Shown: positions 28,474 to 39,316 of the stretch, in pieces
How positions within the stretch are numbered: the stretch's first letter is position 1
Layout of the letters: each line of letters begins with the position of its first letter
NCBI RefSeq assembly: GCF_905371695.1
Contig: NZ_CAJPMA010000001.1
Coordinates: 1 to 42,854, forward strand
DNA from: an uncultured Campylobacter sp.
Lineage (GTDB): Bacteria > Campylobacterota > Campylobacteria > Campylobacterales > Campylobacteraceae
Direction of reading: 5' to 3'
DNA: 42,854 bases
Notes under the pieces: generated by a model
Told to the model about the DNA's origin: nothing
What the model saw: the letters and a program-made list of their open reading frames with translations, nothing else
The model's database searches: none
Made by a program: the position numbers and the translations under genes

Positions 28474-29912
28474 CACATAAAGCTCGGAGCGTCGTTTGAA
28501 AATAGCACCAAATCGCCCATTTTCGTATATTTTACGAGCATTTCTTGCATCTTGGTTTTATCCTTTATAATTATAATTTCAGGCTTACTTAGCGCTTTCA
28601 TCAGCGCCTGCGCGTTTAGCGGACTTGAAATCATCACGACGTCGAAAATTTCGTTCATCACGCGTCCTAGTCGTTCGTTTTCCTCGGGCGTGCTCTCGAC
28701 TATACCCGGCGTTATTACCACCTTGCGTCCGCCGTAAGTCGCCGCAAGCTCGTAGCTAGCGCTCATTCCCGCGAAATTTCCGTTAAAGCTATCATCTATT
28801 ATCAGTTTGCCGCTCGCTTGGATTTTTTGCAAGCGATGCTCTACGTTTTGCATTTTAGCTAACACCCGCGCAATATTTTCGTAGGAAACGCCTAAATATT
28901 TAGCTACTTTAATACAAACGGCAAGATTTGCGGCGTTAAATTTTCCGAGCAAAGGCGAGCTAAATTTCTCCCCGTCAAGCTCGAAATTTAAGCCATCCAA
29001 ACTAGCGACGACGTTTTTTAAATTTTCGTCGTAAATTTCGATGTTTTCGCCCGTTTTTTGAGCGCTAGAATGCAAAAACGCCTTTTGCAGGCGCGGACTT
29101 TGCAACGCTTCAAGCTTAGTCGCTCGCACGTTTTCAAGCGTTTTAAAATACTCGATGTGCTGCTCGCCTATCTCGCCTACTACTACGATTTGCGGGCGTA
29201 AAAACTCGACGATCTCGGCGATATCTCCGCGCTGACGCGCGCCCGCTTCGGCGATGTAGATTTGCGTATTCGCGGTTAAGTTTTCGTTGACGTCTTTAAT
29301 TAGCCCCGCAAGCGTGTTTACGCTGCGCGGCGTCTTGTGGCAGATAAAATCGTCTTTTAGTAGCTCGAAAAGGAAATTTTTAATGCTGGTTTTGCCGTAG
29401 CTAGCCGTTATTAAAATTATCTTTAAATCCGAAAAATTCCGTAGCTTTGCATCTGCCTTTCGCCTAAAATTTAGCGCGTTTATCCGCTCGAAAACAAAAC
29501 TAGCTCCGAGCGACGCGAAAAGCGTTAAAAGCGCGTCTATTTTTACCGCGCCCGTAAATTTAAAGGATAGCGCCGCGCCTAAAACGCAAGCAAGCGCCGC
29601 AAAAGCGAAAAACCGCTTCACGCGAGCGGTAAAAACCAGCTTTTTATCAAGCTTTTTGTGCCACAAAAAAAGCGCGGGCAAAAATGCGAAATAAAAGTAT
29701 ATCCAAAACCACGTTCCCGTCGCGTAAAACAGCGCGAGCGGAACGGCGAAAAACGTCGCGTGCCAAAGCGGCCGCGTAAAATGAAATAGCACGCGCTCCA
29801 CGCGATACGAAAACCACTGAAAACACGTAATCGCGTAAAAACATATCGCAAACGCGAATGCCGCTTGGCTAGCGATAAAAAACGCTTCTTTCGTAAAATC
29901 TGGCGAGCTCAT
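28473..29912 (-). CDS. murF: Mur ligase, MurF-like, with N-terminal transmembrane extension
   Basis: ITASYGKTSIK P-loop, TPRSVNT, EAGAR, HRLQ, IIDDSFNGN; in an operon with ddl. Confidence 0.82.
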   Translation of the reverse strand: MSSPDFTKEAFFIASQAAFAFAICFYAITCFQWFSYRVERVLFHFTRPLWHATFFAVPLALFYATGTWFWIYFYFAFLPALFLWHKKLDKKLVFTARVKRFFAFAALACVLGAALSFKFTGAVKIDALLTLFASLGASFVFERINALNFRRKADAKLRNFSDLKIILITASYGKTSIKNFLFELLKDDFICHKTPRSVNTLAGLIKDVNENLTANTQIYIAEAGARQRGDIAEIVEFLRPQIVVVGEIGEQHIEYFKTLENVRATKLEALQSPRLQKAFLHSSAQKTGENIEIYDENLKNVVASLDGLNFELDGEKFSSPLLGKFNAANLAVCIKVAKYLGVSYENIARVLAKMQNVEHRLQKIQASGKLIIDDSFNGNFAGMSASYELAATYGGRKVVITPGIVESTPEENERLGRVMNEIFDVVMISSPLNAQALMKALSKPEIIIIKDKTKMQEMLVKYTKMGDLVLFSNDAPSFM

Positions 29913-30706
29913 TTTATCTCCCTCACGCTTTCTATACCGCTATCAAGCGCCTCTTCGTCTGAGCGAAGACTAAAATTTTCCTCGTCGGCGCTTAAAATTC
30001 GCTCTATTTGCTCGCAGATAAATCCCGCGTGCAGTAAAAAGAAAAAATGGTCTCCGCTAAGCGGGAAAAATTCGCTGTTTTTAATTAGCGAATGGATTTT
30101 CTCCCCGCTTTTTAAGCTCGTAGCGCGGTCGCTCTCGCCCCAAAAGACGAGCGCGCGCCCGTTAAAATCTGCAAATTTCGCGCTAAAATCCTCGTTTACG
30201 ACGTTTTTAAGCGTCTCGTACATCGTGCGGCTCATTCCGCTCACGTCTTTACTGGCGAAAATTTTATAAAATTTCCCGAAACCCAAAATTTTAAAAAATT
30301 TAAAAATCGCGATTTTAGCGCGCACTAAAAAGGGCTTAGGCTCTACGATGCCCGCAGAGCTTAAAAGCGCTAAAATAGGCGGATTTAAAAGCACGGCTAC
30401 CTTCCCGCCGAAGCTGTGCCCCGCTATAAGCCTTGGGCAAAGGCCCAGTTCGCTCAAAAATGCGGAAACAATTTTTGCGTAATCTTTCGTAGTTAGCGGC
30501 TCGCCTATACTGCTAGCTCCAAAGCCCGCAAGATCTACGTAAATATGGCGAAATTTCGTCAAATGAGCGCCGAACGCCTTTTTCATCAGCTCTTTATTTG
30601 CGCCCCAGCCGTGTAAAAACAACACGCAGATATCAGCCTTAGGGTTTAAAATTTCATAGCTTATCTCATACGTACGAGAGCCTACTTTTACGCTTTTACT
30701 CGCCAT
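29909..30706 (-). CDS. Alpha/beta fold hydrolase
   Basis: FLHGWG oxyanion motif, DLAGFGAS, GHSFGG nucleophile elbow, GDHF; start moved to ATG 30706 (MASKSV) behind AGAGGG. Confidence 0.88.
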   Translation of the reverse strand: MASKSVKVGSRTYEISYEILNPKADICVLFLHGWGANKELMKKAFGAHLTKFRHIYVDLAGFGASSIGEPLTTKDYAKIVSAFLSELGLCPRLIAGHSFGGKVAVLLNPPILALLSSAGIVEPKPFLVRAKIAIFKFFKILGFGKFYKIFASKDVSGMSRTMYETLKNVVNEDFSAKFADFNGRALVFWGESDRATSLKSGEKIHSLIKNSEFFPLSGDHFFFLLHAGFICEQIERILSADEENFSLRSDEEALDSGIESVREIK

Positions 30707-31037
30707 CTTGCCCTCTTTTGTCCTCTGCGGCTCGCTTGTCGTCGTAGATGCTTTGTAAAATTTTAGCCGCTTTTTGCAGCTCCTCGCGCCCGCTAGCGTT
30801 CGCCAAAATTTCCTCGAATTCGCCCTGCTTTTTAGCCGCGTAGATACCGCGCAAAATTCCGACCGCATCTTGAAGCCGCTCGTACTCGCTCATACTTAAA
30901 AGTATGGCTTCGAATTTGTTATTTTTTACTATCACGGCGCGTTTACTCTCGTTTTTGCTAATCTTGCTTAAAACAGAGCTAAAATTTCGCACGACCTCGG
31001 TCGCGGTAAAAATTTCGTCTTTGCTAAATTCCGCCAT
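30696..31037 (-). CDS. Phd/YefM-like (antitoxin-fold) protein with duplicated C-terminal helix
   Basis: TATEVVRNFSSVL...AVIVKNNKFEAILLSMSEYERL fits the Phd/YefM pattern. Confidence 0.78.
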   Translation of the reverse strand: MAEFSKDEIFTATEVVRNFSSVLSKISKNESKRAVIVKNNKFEAILLSMSEYERLQDAVGILRGIYAAKKQGEFEEILANASGREELQKAAKILQSIYDDKRAAEDKRGQDGE

Positions 31038-31115
31038 ATTGTGCCTCTACATAAAATTTTACGCAAAATTTAGCGTATTTTTGATTAGACTTAGGTTAAA
31101 ATTTAGCCTATTAGG

Positions 31116-32153
31116 CTAAATTTTGCCGCCCTTGGCGCTAGTGATGGAATTTATAAATTTGTAGTCTATTTTGATATTTTTAGCTTGCGGAAGCGATTGC
31201 GCGAGTTTATCTAAAACGTCCTCGAAATCGGCGAATAGGTAGTTTGCGAGGCTGCCCGGGTTTGGATTTATCTCGTTTAGATAGACCTTGTCGTCTATTA
31301 CGAAAAAGTCGCAGCGAATGAGCGCGCCCTCAAAACCGCTTTCGTAAATTTTTCTAAACGCCTCTTTTAGCCTCTCTTCAAGCTCACTTGAAATTTCGGC
31401 GCTTTTAGCTTTGCCGTCGTTTGAAAAGCTAAGGTATTTTTGCTCGTAATCGAGAAATTCCTTTTTTTTAGGCTCTTCTATGACCGAATAAATAAACTCG
31501 CCGTCCGCCTTACAGCCGGCTAAATTATACTCTTTTACGCCCGCCACAAAAGGCTCTACCAGCACTTCGCTATCAAATTCAAACGCCACGTCCAGCGCGT
31601 ATTCCAGCTCGCTTTGCTCATGCGCGACGCTCACGCCGATGCTGCTTCCAAGCCGCGCGGGCTTTAAGATAACCGGGAAATTTAGCCCCGCTCTTTCGCC
31701 TCGTTTAATCGTTTCGTATTCTAGCGTCGCGACGCCCGCTTTTTGGGCCAGCAGCTTAGTTAGGGCTTTATTAAAGCTCATTACGCTAGCTTCCGGGCGC
31801 GGTCCGATGAAGCTAACGCCGTAAAATTCGAGTAGCGCGGCTAGCTTGCCGTCTTCGCCGTCCGCGCCGTGGATTAGATTAATATAAACGTCCGCTTCTA
31901 CGCGCTTAACGCCCAGTAATCCGTGCGAATAAAAGCCGCCTTGCGATAAAAATACCCGCTTGCAGCTTTTATATTTTCCGGAGCTAAAAAAATTAGCCCT
32001 CATCTGCGCGGCAGGAATTAGGTAAAATTCTCTTCGCGCGTCGCAAAATATAAACGTCAAATCTCGTTTTAGCACGTTTTTCACAGCGATCGCGCTAACG
32101 ATGCTAATCTCGTGCTCGTAGCTTTGTCCGCCGAATATTATCCCAAATTTCAT
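31116..32153 (-). CDS. ddl: D-alanine--D-alanine ligase
   Basis: FGGQSYEHEISIVSA, HGADGEDG, KPARLGSSIGV, LNEINPNPGS. Confidence 0.95.
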   Translation of the reverse strand: MKFGIIFGGQSYEHEISIVSAIAVKNVLKRDLTFIFCDARREFYLIPAAQMRANFFSSGKYKSCKRVFLSQGGFYSHGLLGVKRVEADVYINLIHGADGEDGKLAALLEFYGVSFIGPRPEASVMSFNKALTKLLAQKAGVATLEYETIKRGERAGLNFPVILKPARLGSSIGVSVAHEQSELEYALDVAFEFDSEVLVEPFVAGVKEYNLAGCKADGEFIYSVIEEPKKKEFLDYEQKYLSFSNDGKAKSAEISSELEERLKEAFRKIYESGFEGALIRCDFFVIDDKVYLNEINPNPGSLANYLFADFEDVLDKLAQSLPQAKNIKIDYKFINSITSAKGGKI

Positions 32154-32162
32154 AGATTTCCT

Positions 32163-32717
32163 TTACGCTAGTTTTTTTAGGGCTTCTTTGACGATTTCGC
32201 CCGTATTTTCGCCTTTGCAATCGCCTAAAATTTTAACGATCTTGTCGCGCTTAAAGCCGAGCGCTTCAAGCGCCATTAGCGCTTCGCTTTGATAGCTAGG
32301 CACGGCCTCGTCGGCGATTAGTTTGGCGTCTCCTAGCTCTGCGATTATCCTGCGTGCGCTTTTAGGCCCGATACCCGGCACGCTTTGAAGCGCCGCAGCA
32401 TCGCCGCTAACTACCGCCGTATTAAACGCGCCTGGAGTAAGCGACGAGCATATCGCCATCGCCGTGCTGGCGCCAATCCCGTTTAGCTTGATTAAAATTT
32501 CAAACATCTTTTGCTCGCTAGCGTCTAAAAATCCGTAAAGCAAATTCGCGTCTTCGCGAATTATCTGCGTAGTTTTTAACTCCACCTTCGCGCCCGTTTC
32601 CAGTTTGGCGCTGCAAAATAGCGAAATAAACAGCCCGTAGCTTATCCCGCTAGCCGTTTTTAACACGACGAACGCGGGCATTTTTTGCGTTATTACGCCT
32701 TCGACGGCTTTTATCAT
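32163..32717 (-). CDS. ruvA: Holliday junction branch migration protein RuvA
   Basis: REDANLLYGF, HhH motifs NGIGASTA and PGIGPKSARRI, ALEALGF. Confidence 0.96.
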   Translation of the reverse strand: MIKAVEGVITQKMPAFVVLKTASGISYGLFISLFCSAKLETGAKVELKTTQIIREDANLLYGFLDASEQKMFEILIKLNGIGASTAMAICSSLTPGAFNTAVVSGDAAALQSVPGIGPKSARRIIAELGDAKLIADEAVPSYQSEALMALEALGFKRDKIVKILGDCKGENTGEIVKEALKKLA

Positions 32718-32726
32718 TTTTATCCT

Positions 32727-34628
32727 TTAAAACGTTACTTTCTCGAAATCGCCCAGCGAATTTGATTTTTTAATCCTAAAATCGGTCTCTCCGTCCGCTT
32801 TTTCGAATTTTTCCAGCGTTATTACGCGCGCGGTTTCGTTTTGCTTGGTCGAGTACGTTACGGTTTTTGGCGGATCTACCAGGGTAAAGCGAATTTCGTT
32901 TAGATCTATCCAGCCGCCGCGATTTATGATCTTTGCCGAAAATACGCCGTTTTGCATCACGTCAAGCTCTTGCTTTAAGGCGGCGAGCTCGTCTTTTTTA
33001 CTATTAAATTCGCTCAAAATCGCGTTATATTCGCCGACTAAATCCTGATACTCTTTTAGCTTTTTCATAAAGGTTACTGGCGGCACGACCTTTGTTTTTT
33101 GCAACTCTTCAATCTTTTGCTTTATCGTATAAATCGGCGCTTTATTTTCGTCGATTATGATTTTTTTAGTTCTTAAAATTTTAGGCAATCGCTCCAACTC
33201 CGCGTTTAAAGCATCGATTTTAGCTAGCTGCTCGTCTATCTCGCCCGTTTGATCTTTCATTTTGCTCGCGTCTATGATAAAGCGATTATTCGTGCCGCGC
33301 AAATATTTCACGTCTATAATGTTTGAAGCCGTTAGCGTGCAGTTTGAGCCTAGGGTTTCTATCTGGATGCTTTGAGCCGTGATCTGTCCGCCGACCACGC
33401 TTTTTACCCTTACTTTTTTAGCCAGCACGCAGCCGCCTTCTAGCCTATCTATCGTAATCTCGTCGCCCTCTGCGTAGCCGATGTGAATCGCTATATCCGC
33501 GCTTGCGGCGTAAATTTTTGATTTTCCGTGCGTTTGTCCGCCGATTACTACGTGGTTTGCTTTTACTACGGCGTTTGAACCTATATTGCCCTTTACCTGC
33601 ACCTCGTCGGCCTCCACCGCGACGCCCGGACCTATCGCGTCTTTTATCATATCGCTCTCTTTTACTACGAGCGTTACGTTAGTATCAAGGCCTGCTTGCA
33701 CGGAACCCGTGGACTTAAAATCGATCTGGCTTACTTCAAGCGTCTCGGCGATGTCGTAAAAGCCTTTGTTTTCGCTTACGTAACCGGCCTTTTTAGCGAT
33801 AAATTTTACGCTCTCGTCATCCTCTCTTCGCTCGATATTATCGCTTACTTTTATCTCGTTGCCGTTTTCGTCTTTGGGCGCGGGGATGGCGATAAATTTA
33901 CCGCGCGCGTCGCGTCCGTTTTTGCCGTCTTTGGGCTTTATTTGCTCCATAATAAGCTCGCCCTCGCTCACGCCGAATAAAAATCCGCGGCTCGCGTAGT
34001 CGATTTTACCTTCTTTGCCGATATTTTCCAGCTTTTTTTTGTAATAATAAATCGTTTGCGCGTCGGTCGAGATTTTAGGCGCGACGCCTACCGCGACTAC
34101 TATCGTCGTATCCTCGCTAATTTCGTCTTTTACGCGAAGCTGCGAGGCTATTTGCAGTAGCTTTTCCTTCGTCTCGCCCGTTCGCACTCCGATTAAAATT
34201 TGCGCCTTTAAAAGCTGCTTTGATATATATTCAAACATTAGCCGCTCTAAGCCCGCCGTATAATGGCATTCGCCGGTTTTACGAACCGTAGCGATTACTT
34301 TGGTTACGGCGCCGTTTACGCCGATCGAAATTTTAGGCATCGGCGGCGGAGGGCTTTTGCGCAGGTCGTAAAATTCGACTAAGTAACTTTGCGAAATTTC
34401 TAAGCTCGGGTCGATAAATAGCTCGTTATCGTCAAACACCCCCAGCTCGTCTTGCTTAACCTCGACGGGCTCTTTATTCGCTTCGTTCGTATAAGAAGTG
34501 AAAATTTCTTGTATGTCAAAATCGATAAATTCCGCCGCTACGCCTTGTTGCGCGCTTAACTCGCGAAGTTTAGCGTAAGGTTTGTCGGTTTGAATTTGCA
34601 CCGGTTCTAAAAATTTTATCTCGCTCAA
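32727..34628 (-). CDS. FapA/DUF342-family protein (flagellar assembly protein A-like)
   Basis: KIDYASRGF...GELI....KPKDGKNGRDARG, IDFKSTGSV, beta-helix-like repeats and coiled coil; position next to ruvA as in other Campylobacter. Confidence 0.75.
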   Translation of the reverse strand: MSEIKFLEPVQIQTDKPYAKLRELSAQQGVAAEFIDFDIQEIFTSYTNEANKEPVEVKQDELGVFDDNELFIDPSLEISQSYLVEFYDLRKSPPPPMPKISIGVNGAVTKVIATVRKTGECHYTAGLERLMFEYISKQLLKAQILIGVRTGETKEKLLQIASQLRVKDEISEDTTIVVAVGVAPKISTDAQTIYYYKKKLENIGKEGKIDYASRGFLFGVSEGELIMEQIKPKDGKNGRDARGKFIAIPAPKDENGNEIKVSDNIERREDDESVKFIAKKAGYVSENKGFYDIAETLEVSQIDFKSTGSVQAGLDTNVTLVVKESDMIKDAIGPGVAVEADEVQVKGNIGSNAVVKANHVVIGGQTHGKSKIYAASADIAIHIGYAEGDEITIDRLEGGCVLAKKVRVKSVVGGQITAQSIQIETLGSNCTLTASNIIDVKYLRGTNNRFIIDASKMKDQTGEIDEQLAKIDALNAELERLPKILRTKKIIIDENKAPIYTIKQKIEELQKTKVVPPVTFMKKLKEYQDLVGEYNAILSEFNSKKDELAALKQELDVMQNGVFSAKIINRGGWIDLNEIRFTLVDPPKTVTYSTKQNETARVITLEKFEKADGETDFRIKKSNSLGDFEKVTF

Positions 34629-34750
34629 AATATAATCCGATTATCAAAATTTAAAGCTTGATTATCCCATAAAATTCATTAAATTTGGGTTATGCGAGCT
34701 TTTAGGCAAAATTAGTTACAATCCGCGAAGCTAAATTTAGATAGGATCCT

Positions 34751-36151
34751 ATGTTTATCAAAGGTTTTTTTTCAAACTCGGCGGGCATTATGATCTCGCG
34801 AATTTTGGGGCTTGTCCGCGATTTATTAACCGCGTCGATTTTAGGCGCGGGGGTTTTTAGCGACCTATTTTTTATCGCGTTTAAAATACCTAATTTATTT
34901 CGTAGAATTTTCGGCGAAGGGGCGTTTACGCAAGCTTTTTTGCCTAACTTCGCAAAGGCCGGCAAAAAAGGAATCTTCGCGGCGAAAATTTTTATAAATT
35001 TTTTGCTTTTTATCACCGTTTTAACGCTTGCAGTCAATCTTTTCACCCCGTTTTTTATTAAAATCATCGCCAGCGGCCTAACCGCTCAAAATATCGCGGA
35101 CGCCGCGCCGTTAGTTTGCGTAAATTTTTACTATTTGGCGCTAATTTACGTTGTTACTTTTTTAGGCTCGCTGCTTCAATATCGCGGGCATTTCGCCACC
35201 ACCGCGTTTAGCACGGCGCTTTTAAATTTAGCTATGATCGCCGCGCTTTTACTCTCGCGAGGGCTTAGCGAGCGCGAGGTCGCGTTTAATCTAAGCCTAG
35301 GCGTGGTCGCGGGCGGAGTTTTACAAGTCGGCGCGCACCTAATAGCGCTAAAATTTAACGGAATTAGTAAAATTTTTTACGGCGGACTAGTTAGGCTCGC
35401 GCGCGGTAAAAAGGCCGAAACGAAAGGCTTTTTTAGCAACTTTTACCACGGGCTTTTAGGTTCGTCCGCGATGCAGATAAGCGCGTTTATGGATACCTGG
35501 CTAGCTAGCTTTTTAGCGGCGGGCTCGATTAGCTATCTTTTTTACGCAAACCGCATTTTTCAGCTTCCTTTGGCGATTTTCGCTATCGCGCTAGCCCAAG
35601 CGCTGTTTCCTAAAATTACCCGTCTTTTAAAATCGGGCGACGAGCAAAACGCGCTAATTTGGACTCAAAAAAGCTTTAACCTGCTTTTAGCGCTGCTGCT
35701 TAGCGCGAGCGCGGCGGGCATTATTTTTAGCGAAGGCATAATTTGGCTGCTTTTTGAACGCGGAAATTTTAATAGAGCCGATACGCAGGCATGCGCGGCG
35801 GTTTTGAGCGCTTATTTGATAGGACTTACGCCCTTTGGACTGGCGAAGCTTTTTTCAAACTGGCTTTACGCTAAAATGCAGCAAAAATTAGCCGCTAAAA
35901 TTTCGCTTATCACGCTAGGCGTGAATCTCGCGTTAGCGGTGGTTTTGATGAAATTTTACGCAGCGGCGGGACTTGCGCTGGCAAGCTCGCTGGGCGGATT
36001 TTTACAACTGGCGCTATACGTAAGAGCCTTCGGAGCGCGAAATTTTTTAGCTATAATCTCGCCCAAAATTTTATGCGCGATAATAGTCTGGACCGCTATT
36101 TTATCGTTTATTTTAGAAATTTTAAAGGAAAAATTATATGTATATCTATGA
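34751..36151 (+). CDS. murJ: Lipid II flippase MurJ (MviN)
   Basis: [41 protein letters not shown]. Confidence 0.96.
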   Translation: MFIKGFFSNSAGIMISRILGLVRDLLTASILGAGVFSDLFFIAFKIPNLFRRIFGEGAFTQAFLPNFAKAGKKGIFAAKIFINFLLFITVLTLAVNLFTPFFIKIIASGLTAQNIADAAPLVCVNFYYLALIYVVTFLGSLLQYRGHFATTAFSTALLNLAMIAALLLSRGLSEREVAFNLSLGVVAGGVLQVGAHLIALKFNGISKIFYGGLVRLARGKKAETKGFFSNFYHGLLGSSAMQISAFMDTWLASFLAAGSISYLFYANRIFQLPLAIFAIALAQALFPKITRLLKSGDEQNALIWTQKSFNLLLALLLSASAAGIIFSEGIIWLLFERGNFNRADTQACAAVLSAYLIGLTPFGLAKLFSNWLYAKMQQKLAAKISLITLGVNLALAVVLMKFYAAAGLALASSLGGFLQLALYVRAFGARNFLAIISPKILCAIIVWTAILSFILEILKEKLYVYL

Positions 36152-37529
36152 TACCTCAAAACGCAAAAAGGTAAAATTCGAGCCCGTATCTCCTATGAAA
36201 GCGAATATCTATCTGTGCGGGCCTACCGTTTACGACGACGCGCATTTGGGTCACGCAAAAAGCGCGGTAAGCTTTGATCTGCTTCGCCGCACGCTAACCG
36301 CGCTCGGATACGAGGTAAATTTCGCGCGAAACTACACCGACATAGACGATAAAATTTTAAAAAAAATGGACGAAACCGGCGAAAGCTTAGAAGCCATAAC
36401 GCAGCGCTATATACAAAGCTACGAGCGCGATATGAAAGCGCTAGGCGTACTAGATCCGAATTTTAAACCCAAAGCCACGCAATGTCTGGAAGCGATCAAA
36501 GAATATATCGTCTCTTTGTTAAAGAGCGGATTTGCCTACGAGATCGCAAACGACGGCATATATTTTAATACGAGCAAAGACGAGCGGTATTTCGAGATTA
36601 GCGGCAAAGATAATAACGCCGAACTAATCGCGCGCGTGGCAAGCAACGACGGCAAAAAAGACGTCAAGGACTTCGCGCTGTGGAAATTCGACGAAAAATG
36701 GTACGATAGTCCGTTCGGACGCGGCAGGCCCGGCTGGCACACCGAATGCGTCGCGATGATAAAGCAGCTTTTTAGCGCGAGCGGCGACGAAAATTTTAAT
36801 ATAGACATTCACGCGGGCGGCATCGACCTACTCTTCCCGCACCACGAAAACGAGGCCGCGCAGTGCCGCTGCGCCGAGCGCAAAAGCCTAGCTAAATACT
36901 GGATGCACAACGGATTTATTCAAGTAAATAACGAAAAAATGAGCAAAAGCCTAGGAAATAGCTTTTTCGTAAAAGACGCGCTACGCGAGAATTTAGGCGA
37001 AGCGCTGAGGTATTATCTGCTAACTAGCCATTACCGCGCGAATTTTAACTATTCAAGCGAAGATTTAAGCGCTGCAAAAAAACGGCTGGATAAAATTTAC
37101 CGCCTTAAAAAGCGCGTTTTGGGCGTAAGCGCTAGCGCGGCGGATAAAAATTTTAAACGCGAAATTTTAGAGGCTCTAAGCGACGATTTAAACGCCTCAA
37201 AAGCGCTTGCCGCGGTAGACGAGTTTATAAAAAACGCAAACGACGGGCTTGATAACGCACCCAAAGATAAGGCGCTAAAAGGCTCAATCGCCGCGAATTT
37301 AGAGTTTATCGCGCAAATTTTAGGCGTGGGGGCGATGGATTGCTTCGAGTATTTTCAATTCGGCGTTACGGACGAGCAAAGGGCTAAAATTTCGCGCTTA
37401 ATTAGCGAGCGAGACGAAGCTAAAAAGGCGAAAGATTACGCTAAAAGCGATGCGATTAGAGACGAGCTCGCCGCGCTTGGAATTAGTATAATGGATACGC
37501 CGTGCGGCTGCATGTGGGAGAAAATTTAA
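36138..37529 (+). CDS. cysS: Cysteine--tRNA ligase
   Basis: [51 protein letters not shown]. Confidence 0.97.
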   Translation: MYIYDTSKRKKVKFEPVSPMKANIYLCGPTVYDDAHLGHAKSAVSFDLLRRTLTALGYEVNFARNYTDIDDKILKKMDETGESLEAITQRYIQSYERDMKALGVLDPNFKPKATQCLEAIKEYIVSLLKSGFAYEIANDGIYFNTSKDERYFEISGKDNNAELIARVASNDGKKDVKDFALWKFDEKWYDSPFGRGRPGWHTECVAMIKQLFSASGDENFNIDIHAGGIDLLFPHHENEAAQCRCAERKSLAKYWMHNGFIQVNNEKMSKSLGNSFFVKDALRENLGEALRYYLLTSHYRANFNYSSEDLSAAKKRLDKIYRLKKRVLGVSASAADKNFKREILEALSDDLNASKALAAVDEFIKNANDGLDNAPKDKALKGSIAANLEFIAQILGVGAMDCFEYFQFGVTDEQRAKISRLISERDEAKKAKDYAKSDAIRDELAALGISIMDTPCGCMWEKI

Positions 37530-39265
37530 TGAGCGGCGAGAAAAAACCTATGAGCCTAAAAGAAATTTTAGGGCGATTTAAGGGCTATTATAAAGACTAT
37601 ATCCCTCAGTTCGCGCTAGCGTTTTTAGGCATGATAGCAGCGGCTCTTAGCACCGCGGCGCTCGCAAAACTCGTCGAGCCCGTACTAAATGAAATTTTCG
37701 TACAAAAAGAAAAGGATATGCTTTACTTGCTACCCTACGCCATTATCGCGGTGTATTTCGCCAAGGGCGCGGGCGGCTTTTTGCAGGCGTATTACACGGC
37801 TTACATCGGACAAGACGTGGTGCGCCGCTTCCGCAACGCGCTGCTTGAAAATTTGCTAAAACTAGATATGGAATTTTTTAACAAGTACCGCACGGGCGAG
37901 CTAATCAGCCGAAATATCAACGACATAGAGCGCATTAGAAGCATCGTAAGCTCGCTAATACCCGAATTTATCCGCGAAGTAGTTACTATCGTAGGGCTGC
38001 TCGGCGTCGTGATTTATCAAAGCTACGAGCTTGCGTTTTTCGCGCTGATAATCATGCCGCTGGCCGCGTATCCACTCTCGCTGCTTGCTAAACGCATGAA
38101 AAAAATCTCCCGCAGCTCGCAGGAAAAAACCTCCGATATTAGCGCGAAACTAAGCGAAATTTTTACCAATATCGAGATAATTCAGGCAAATAACGCGCAA
38201 AGCTACGAACACGCGAAATTTTGCGAAGAAAACGCGAAATTTTTCAAGCTAAATTTAAAAAGTACCAAAGTCAGCGAAGCGGTAAGCCCTTTAATGGAAA
38301 CCTTCGGCGCGGTAGGTATCGCCGTGGTCATCATCGTAGGCGGCAAGCAAGTAATCGAAGATACGATGAGCATGGGGGCGTTTTTTTCGTTTTTAACCGC
38401 GCTTTTTATGCTTTACACGCCTATAAAGCGGATTTCTGGGCTTTATAATAAAATGCAAGACGCCGTCGCCGCAAGCGAGCGGACGTTTGAGCTACTGGAT
38501 CAAAAAAGTTCTATCTCGGACGGTAAGCGCGAAATTTCAGGCGATATAAAGAGTATAAAATTTGAAAACGTTACGCTTGATTACGGCGAGAAAAACGTAC
38601 TAAAAGGCGTTAGCTTCGAAGCGCAAAAATCGCGCCTAATCGCGCTCGTCGGCGCAAGCGGCGGCGGCAAGAGCTCTTTAATGAATTTGCTGATTAGATT
38701 TTACGACGTAAAAAGCGGGCGAATTTTAATAGACGGCGTAGATCTGCGCGAGTTTAGCCTACGCTCGGTACGCGAAAATATCGGACTGGTAAGCCAGCGC
38801 GTTTATATTTTTAACGACACAGTCGCAAAAAACGTAGCTTACGGGCGCGAATTCGACGAAAAAGCCGTCGTCGAGGCGCTAAAAACGGCGAACGCGTGGG
38901 AATTTACGCAAAATTTAGAGGGCGGAATTCACGCCGTTTTAAGCGAATTCGGCGCTAATCTTTCGGGCGGTCAGCGCCAACGCATCGCGATCGCGCGCGC
39001 GCTTTATAAAAACCCGCAAATTTTAATATTCGACGAGGCCACTAGCGCGCTGGATAACGAAAGCGAAAAGCAAATCACGGACGCTATAAACAAGCTTCGC
39101 GGCGAAAAGATAATCTTCGTGATCGCTCACCGTCTAAGTACCGTGCGAAATGCCGATAAAATCGCGGTTTTAGAGGACGGAAAAATAGCAGACTACGGAA
39201 GCGACGAAGAGCTTTTGGGGCGCTGCGAAATTTACGCCAAGCTTAAAGGCAAATCCTTAGTTTAA
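37529..39265 (+). CDS. msbA: MsbA-like lipid A/LOS export ABC transporter (fused permease-ATPase)
   Basis: TMD followed by [41 protein letters not shown]; start at TAATG overlap with cysS. Confidence 0.8.
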   Translation: MSGEKKPMSLKEILGRFKGYYKDYIPQFALAFLGMIAAALSTAALAKLVEPVLNEIFVQKEKDMLYLLPYAIIAVYFAKGAGGFLQAYYTAYIGQDVVRRFRNALLENLLKLDMEFFNKYRTGELISRNINDIERIRSIVSSLIPEFIREVVTIVGLLGVVIYQSYELAFFALIIMPLAAYPLSLLAKRMKKISRSSQEKTSDISAKLSEIFTNIEIIQANNAQSYEHAKFCEENAKFFKLNLKSTKVSEAVSPLMETFGAVGIAVVIIVGGKQVIEDTMSMGAFFSFLTALFMLYTPIKRISGLYNKMQDAVAASERTFELLDQKSSISDGKREISGDIKSIKFENVTLDYGEKNVLKGVSFEAQKSRLIALVGASGGGKSSLMNLLIRFYDVKSGRILIDGVDLREFSLRSVRENIGLVSQRVYIFNDTVAKNVAYGREFDEKAVVEALKTANAWEFTQNLEGGIHAVLSEFGANLSGGQRQRIAIARALYKNPQILIFDEATSALDNESEKQITDAINKLRGEKIIFVIAHRLSTVRNADKIAVLEDGKIADYGSDEELLGRCEIYAKLKGKSLV

Positions 39266-39274
39266 GGCTCTTTT

Positions 39275-39283
39275 TGCTAAAAT
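39275..39283 (+). promoter_or_regulatory. Extended -10 promoter (TGCTAAAAT) for pyrD
   Basis: TGnTAnAAT preceded by T-tracts, 33 nt upstream of the ATG. Confidence 0.55.
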
Positions 39284-39316
39284 GCGCCAAATTTCAGCGC
39301 TTAAAAGAAGTTAAAG

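Noticed and set aside
30707..30868. 54-aa N-terminal extension of the hydrolase in the ORF track (also extensions at 2733, 4550, 37502)
   Set aside because: These mostly overlap upstream genes in another frame and lack an RBS; downstream ATGs have an SD or stop-start coupling.
29909..31037. Classical type II toxin-antitoxin module
   Set aside because: The downstream gene is a 265-aa alpha/beta hydrolase, not a RelE/Doc/VapC-type toxin, and the context is a housekeeping cell-wall operon.
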